Positions 58,792 to 64,000 of a stretch of 64,000 nt of DNA are shown here, piece after piece. The number at the start of each line of letters is the position of its first letter. The first letter of the stretch is position 1. Position numbers and translations under genes: made by a program. The notes under the pieces were generated by a model. The model saw nothing but the letters and a program-made list of their open reading frames with translations, ran no database searches and had not been told where the DNA came from. Where the stretch lies: the IMG/VR virus record IMGVR_UViG_3300008117_000018, positions 32,001 to 96,000 of that record; one strand, 5' to 3'. Source of the stretch: a virus.

Positions 58792-60702
58792 TTAAGTAAA
58801 ATAAGTTGTAACAACAACAATTCCATTCGCACCAAAACCACCGTTTCCAAACTTATCACCACGAGGTATGTTATCGCCATTAAGACCAGCACCACCGCCT
58901 CCACCGCCTGCACCATAAAGAGCACCATTAGCACCAATACCGGATCTAGCAGCTCCTCCACCTCCTCCACAACCAATATCAGAAAAAGAATCACCCTCAT
59001 TACCATCAGTTAATGATGGGTCAGTACTAGCAATTCCAGGATTACCACCTAAACCGTTGGTATATTGAACTGTACCACCATCTCCCCCGTCGAAATTAGT
59101 ATTACTAGCGTTTATACTACCACCACTACCTCCACCAGTTGGTGCTCTGAATGTGAGAGCACCAGCAACACCAATACCACCAGCACTATTTCCACCAGAA
59201 CCTCCACGTTCAATATTACCATAACCACCTGAATTGTTAGAAGTCGGAATACTAGCAGATGAACCACCTCCACCACCTCCACCACCAAAAGCAATTAGGT
59301 TACTACCAAATCCAGAACCTAGTGCTGAAGTACCAAATATCGAATCAGTACCCGCGGCACCATCACTTCCATCTTGATTATTGGCAGTCACTACTCCTCT
59401 ACTACCACCCTGACCAACCTGAACCGTCTCTGAGTTTTGTAAATCAGAAGCCCTGAAAATAGCTCGTGAAAAACCTCCACCACCTCCACCATTACCACCC
59501 CATCGAGCAGTACTAGTAGCTGACCTTCTACCAGCACCTCCTCCTCCGCCACCACCAATACAAATCACTTCAACCTTATCTGCATTTGCAGGCTTTGACC
59601 AACTAAAAATTGTTGTAAGTGGACTAGCAATAACCGTGTAAACCTGAACATCAATAACATTCAGTGTACCGGATGTTCCAGATGTTCTTGATAAACCAGA
59701 AGGAGCAATAGCTCCTTGACTAGTTGATATACCAGAAGTTCCACTTGTCGTAGCATTAGGAAAAGAAGATTGAAAACCAGAAAAATTTGGATTATTACCG
59801 GTAGTTCCTGAAGTACCTTGTGTACCAGATGTACCTACAGCTCTGCTAAGACCACCCGTACCAGAGCTACCAGAGGTACCATTGGTTGAATTTAATCCAG
59901 CAGTACCACTAGTAGAAAAATTGGTTGATATTCCTGTGTTACCACTACTACCAGATGTTGTGGAAAATCTGTTACCACCACTCTCTCCACTCGTACCAGA
60001 AGTTCTAGATAGACCGTTAGTAGTCAGACCTGATGTTCCATTTGTTCCTGAAACCGAAACAAAACTACTTGAGGTTCCAGACGATCCAGCGGTACTCTGT
60101 GGCGTTTGAGCAGATATACCTGAATTTCCAAATGTACCAGATGAACCAGAGGTCAATGAAACCCTGCTTGAACCAGAATTTGATGAATTTGATGAATTTC
60201 CAGACGTACCAGAAGTTTTATTTGAACCAGATGTTCCACTTGTACCATTCGTACCTGATGTAGAAGAATTTCCAGCGGTTCCTGTAGTACCATTTGCTGA
60301 AGACTGACCAGAAGTACCGGAAGTTGAATTTGTACCAGAAGTGGATGATTGGCTTGACAAACCAGACGTACCACTCGTACCATTAGTTCCAGAAGTAGAA
60401 GAATTTCCAGCGGTTCCTGTAGTACCATTACTTCTTGAATTACCAGCCGTGCCTGATGTAGAAGAGGTACCAGCTGTTGAATTTATACTTGAAATCCCAC
60501 TTGAACCTGAAGTACCAGAACTACCAGAACTACCGGATGTTGTAGATAAACCACTAGTACCTGTTGTACCAGAACTACCAGAAGTACCAGAAGTACCAGA
60601 AGTAGAACTTACTAAGCTATTAGTAGATTGTCCAGATGTACCAGATTGACCATTTGTACCGGACGTACCAGTATCTATAACAATACCATTTATTTTCTGC
60701 AT
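58792..60702 (-). CDS. Gly-Thr-Ser repeat fibre-like protein with C-terminal glycine-rich domain (paralog 1)
   Basis: TSG triplets; [24 protein letters not shown]...[13 protein letters not shown]; own late box. Confidence 0.8.
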   Translation of the reverse strand: MQKINGIVIDTGTSGTNGQSGTSGQSTNSLVSSTSGTSGTSGSSGTTGTSGLSTTSGSSGSSGTSGSSGISSINSTAGTSSTSGTAGNSRSNGTTGTAGNSSTSGTNGTSGTSGLSSQSSTSGTNSTSGTSGQSSANGTTGTAGNSSTSGTNGTSGTSGSNKTSGTSGNSSNSSNSGSSRVSLTSGSSGTFGNSGISAQTPQSTAGSSGTSSSFVSVSGTNGTSGLTTNGLSRTSGTSGESGGNRFSTTSGSSGNTGISTNFSTSGTAGLNSTNGTSGSSGTGGLSRAVGTSGTQGTSGTTGNNPNFSGFQSSFPNATTSGTSGISTSQGAIAPSGLSRTSGTSGTLNVIDVQVYTVIASPLTTIFSWSKPANADKVEVICIGGGGGGGAGRRSATSTARWGGNGGGGGGFSRAIFRASDLQNSETVQVGQGGSRGVVTANNQDGSDGAAGTDSIFGTSALGSGFGSNLIAFGGGGGGGGSSASIPTSNNSGGYGNIERGGSGGNSAGGIGVAGALTFRAPTGGGSGGSINASNTNFDGGDGGTVQYTNGLGGNPGIASTDPSLTDGNEGDSFSDIGCGGGGGAARSGIGANGALYGAGGGGGGAGLNGDNIPRGDKFGNGGFGANGIVVVTTYFT

Positions 60703-60726
60703 GTCTTATATATTAAAATACAAGTC

Positions 60727-63251
60727 TTACAATTCTATCCAATCTTGAGAAGGATTAAAATAAATTCTTCTATTTGTAGAAGTTCCTATTACATAACCTA
60801 TGACTCTTACAATATTTCCAGCAGAAGAAGGCGCAGCAGCGACTGTTCTACCAGCTGTTGAAGAACTCAAAAATAATGGCTCTCCTATATTACCAACGGT
60901 GAATAAAGAAGAACGATAGAAGCCTCTTACTAACATACCATCATTGGTTGAGTTTGTGCCAATTGCAACGGCTAATAAATCATTTCCGCCATTTACCAAT
61001 ACATCACCTTGTGCTTTAGTCCAAGTACCACCGGTATTTAGGTAGTAAATTTCACCAGCAACAGTTGTTGTATTTCCAAAATTAACAATATCACCATAAC
61101 CGGTGCTATCAGCCGATAAATAAGTATTGGATGTAGGGTCAGATATTAAATCATAACTACCAGATAATACTAAATTTGTACCATCAAAAGTAAAGTTTGG
61201 TTCACCATCTAATGTAGAAGCAGTACCAGTCATAGTAACAACTCTGTTATTAGAATTACCATTTAGTGTGACCGTCGCTGAGTTGCCAGATGTTCCAGAA
61301 GTTCCTTGGTTTGTTGTTATAAACAATAATAAATCAATTGAATTACTAAAGTTAGTAGTACCTGTTCCACCAGAATCTATATAAGTTACCGGAAATGAAT
61401 AGTAGTTATTAGAAACAAAAGTTGGATTAGAATTTACTTTCCAAGTCTGATAATTATTTGAATTTGTTCTATCTTGAATTATAATATTCTGACCAATTTG
61501 CATCAACCCTAGAAATACATCAATATCATCACTATTTGTAGTAAAATGATCGATGTTGATAATAGTAGAAGCTGTCTGACCTGAGCTATTCCAAATTATG
61601 AAACCTGGTCCTGGATCTCCACTGAATATTGTTGTGTTGGATTGATACGGAAATACATTGGACGAACCACCGTTTAAACCACTAGTACCGGAAGTTCCTT
61701 TAGTTCCGGAAGTTCCAGCAGTTCCATTGGCACCATTAGCACCGGAAGTTCCGGTAGTTCCATTAGCACCATTAGCACCCGAGGTTCCAGCAGTTCCGTT
61801 AGCACCATTAGCACCCGAGGTTCCAGCAGTTCCGTTAGCACCATTAGCACCGGAAGTTCCTGATGTTCCGTTAGCACCATTTGCACCAGAAGTTCCTGAT
61901 GTTCCGTTAGCACCATTTGCACCAGAAGTTCCTGATGTTCCATTAGCACCGGAAGTTCCTGATGTTCCATTAGCACCGGAAGTTCCGGCAGTTCCATTAG
62001 CACCCGAGGTTCCAGCAGTTCCGTTAGCACCATTAGCACCCGAAGTCCCCGAAGTCCCAGCAGCTGAATTGATTGTTAATATGTTACCATTTGTATCAAA
62101 ACCAAGAGCTCCAATAGAAGTTCCTGGAAATTTACCAGCGGTGTTATAATTAGGTAGTTGTAATTGACCAGTCAAATGATTTATTTGTAAATCAACAGCA
62201 CTTGAAGTAGTATTATTTCCTTTAAGTATTCTAAAGGAGTCTTGATAGTTATCTATAGCAGAAGCTGTACCATATCCAGAACCAGATTGAAGTGTTATTT
62301 GACCACCTTCACCAGAACCTCCTCTTGCGCCCAGAAATAAAGTAGCCTCTGTTGATGAATAAGTTGTTCCTATTAGAACGGATATTGAATTCTGTGTCGA
62401 AGACTGCGTAACTGTCATCCATGTTGAAGCAACAGCAGCATTTGTAGAACCATCTGACAATAAAACACGTAAATTGCCAGCATTACTGATTGTGTTGAAA
62501 CCTGTTCCAGAAGTACCTGATGTTCCGTTAGCACCCGAGGTTCCAGCAGTTCCGTTAGCACCATTAGCACCCGAGGTTCCAGCAGTTCCGTTAGCACCAT
62601 TAGCACCAGAAGTTCCAGCAGTTCCGTTAGCACCGTTAGCACCCGAGGTTCCAGAAGTGCCATTAATTCCAGAGGTTCCGGATGTTCCCGATACCCCATC
62701 AAGACCATTTAATAAAATCCAATCATTAAGTGAAGATGGAACATTATTATTATTATTTGCAGTGGATTGATAAGAAAACAAACCATCAATACAGCAGCAC
62801 CGTTAACACCGGATGTCCCAGAAGAACCTGATGTACCATTATCTCCTTGATTACCGGAAGTTCCTGATGTACCATTATCTCCTTGATTACCGGAAGTTCC
62901 AGCAGTCCCATTATTTCCATTAACACCGGAAGTTCCAGCAGTTCCGTTAGCACCATCTACACCAGAAGTTCCTGATGTTCCATTAGAACCTGTTGCACCC
63001 ATGCCAGATGTACCTGATTGTTTTAAAACTAAATTCCCATCTAAAATACCACCATAAAACCAATATTCTACTATGGGATCAGAACCAACAATAATACCAA
63101 CCGTCAAACCTTCATATCTATAAGATGGTAATAAGTAAGTAGTTGCTGCCGAAAGAGCTGCTGATAAGTTGGCACCAGTATATGGACCATATTTGGCATC
63201 ACCGGGACCTGTAGTTTTAGCTAGTATGTTATCACTTAAATTAATTGCCAT
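60727..63251 (-). CDS. Collagen-like (GTS/GAN) fibre protein split by a frameshift near 62790 (track ORFs 62709..63251 plus 60727..62781)
   Basis: Repeats continue across a frame change at ...GCT GCT GT ATT GAT GGT...; the C-terminus of the 180-aa ORF is out-of-frame junk and the downstream ORF has no credible start. Confidence 0.7.
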
Positions 63252-63268
63252 TTTATTCTAAATCTATT

Positions 63269-64000
63269 TTAGGAGATTGTCGCAGTTCCCAAAGTTGTTA
63301 CTTTATTCGCTGGATAAATTTTAAACGTGACAGTCCAGTAACCATCCGGTGAAACAACAGAAAGCGTTGTAGGAGAAGCAAATAAATCCGTAACACCACC
63401 AATACTTCCATTATTTAAAGCATTTTCAAACCAAGTTGTCTTCGTTGGGTAAACACTATATACAGCAAACCAAGGCCACTCACCTGAAGCATTAAATGCC
63501 ATACTCAAAGAACCACTACCAGCATTTACAACTTTTGTAAAATCAGTACCAGATTCAATTATACTAACAATTTGACTAGCCGTTTTCTGTGTAGAAGTTT
63601 TACCATAAAAATATGGATAGTAACCAGTAATAGTCTGTGAGTTTGATGCAAAATTTGTACTAGATGCCTGAGGAGCTGAAGTTGTCCTAACAGCAGGCGT
63701 AGCACTATGAGTAATACCCTTATTATTCTTTTTTGCTATACCAGCATCATAGTCACCTGTACCAGAATAAACTATCGTGCTACTATCCCCCGAAACAGGA
63801 GCAGGCACCATTATTGACTCAGATGTATTTATTTGATATGTTAAATTTGGGTTATTTGGATCCGCATAACCAAACTGAGCAGCAATTGAAGTAGTTGTAT
63901 TTACCGTCATACTCGCAGTTGAGGTAACTGTCAATAAAGCAGTATTTCCAGCACCATTTATATTTTTATTAATAACCAGTTTGGAAAAAGGACCAGAATC
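63269..64000 (-). CDS. Ser/Thr-rich virion structural protein, 5' end outside the window
   Basis: Frame is open to the window edge (DSGPFSKLVINKNINGAGNTALLTVT...); YPYFYG motif. Confidence 0.7.
   Translation of the reverse strand, partial: DSGPFSKLVINKNINGAGNTALLTVTSTASMTVNTTTSIAAQFGYADPNNPNLTYQINTSESIMVPAPVSGDSSTIVYSGTGDYDAGIAKKNNKGITHSATPAVRTTSAPQASSTNFASNSQTITGYYPYFYGKTSTQKTASQIVSIIESGTDFTKVVNAGSGSLSMAFNASGEWPWFAVYSVYPTKTTWFENALNNGSIGGVTDLFASPTTLSVVSPDGYWTVTFKIYPANKVTTLGTATIS

Noticed and set aside
55033-60702. Diversity-generating retroelement acting on fibre tips
   Set aside because: No reverse transcriptase and no near-identical TR/VR pair differing at adenines in the window.
55449-62770. 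Many short ORFs (PEVP-rich, LVHLV-rich) overlapping the fibre genes
   Set aside because: Artefacts of stop-poor Gly/Thr/Ser codon repeats in other frames.
1-64000. Stop-codon reassignment as in some huge phages
   Set aside because: Conserved genes are full length in the standard code, and TAG/TGA act as normal stops (e.g. 38161, 15248).

Overview
AT-rich 64 kb segment of a T4-like (myovirus) jumbo/huge phage in the standard genetic code. The host is most likely Bacteroidota, based on two perfect TTTG-N19-TAnnTTTG promoters, no obvious SD sites, GSII, DUF6576-like motifs and a Q-rule signal peptide. Virion and packaging genes (major capsid, protease-scaffold, portal, gp2, gp4, gp15, gp25, TerL, sheath, tube, gp26/gp51) are scattered on both strands among replication and auxiliary genes (clamp loader, gp47, RNase R, GSII, ClpS, DNA adenine MTase, NADAR, Nudix, gp55-like sigma). 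Main observations: (1) a protein O-glycosylation locus with an Aah/TibC-type iron-finger glycosyltransferase, further GT and methyltransferase domains, facing four Gly-Thr-Ser-repeat fibre genes; (2) about 15 unrelated late proteins (ART, ligase-like, M28 peptidase, NFACT-R, SET, cysteine hydrolase, nucleotidyltransferase) sharing an N-terminal MK(Y/H)(L/I)KxF..E motif that resembles the T4 capsid-targeting sequence; (3) an unannotated tmRNA whose tag reads through the canonical ...LVAA end (TTA where TAA is expected) and which has a GGCAGUA T-loop; (4) three promoter classes, with the late box TTTAATATATA only 4-5 nt before many ATGs; (5) an unlisted PARP-like ART at the left edge and a frameshifted fibre gene at the right end. 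All family assignments come from motif recognition by eye, not database searches.
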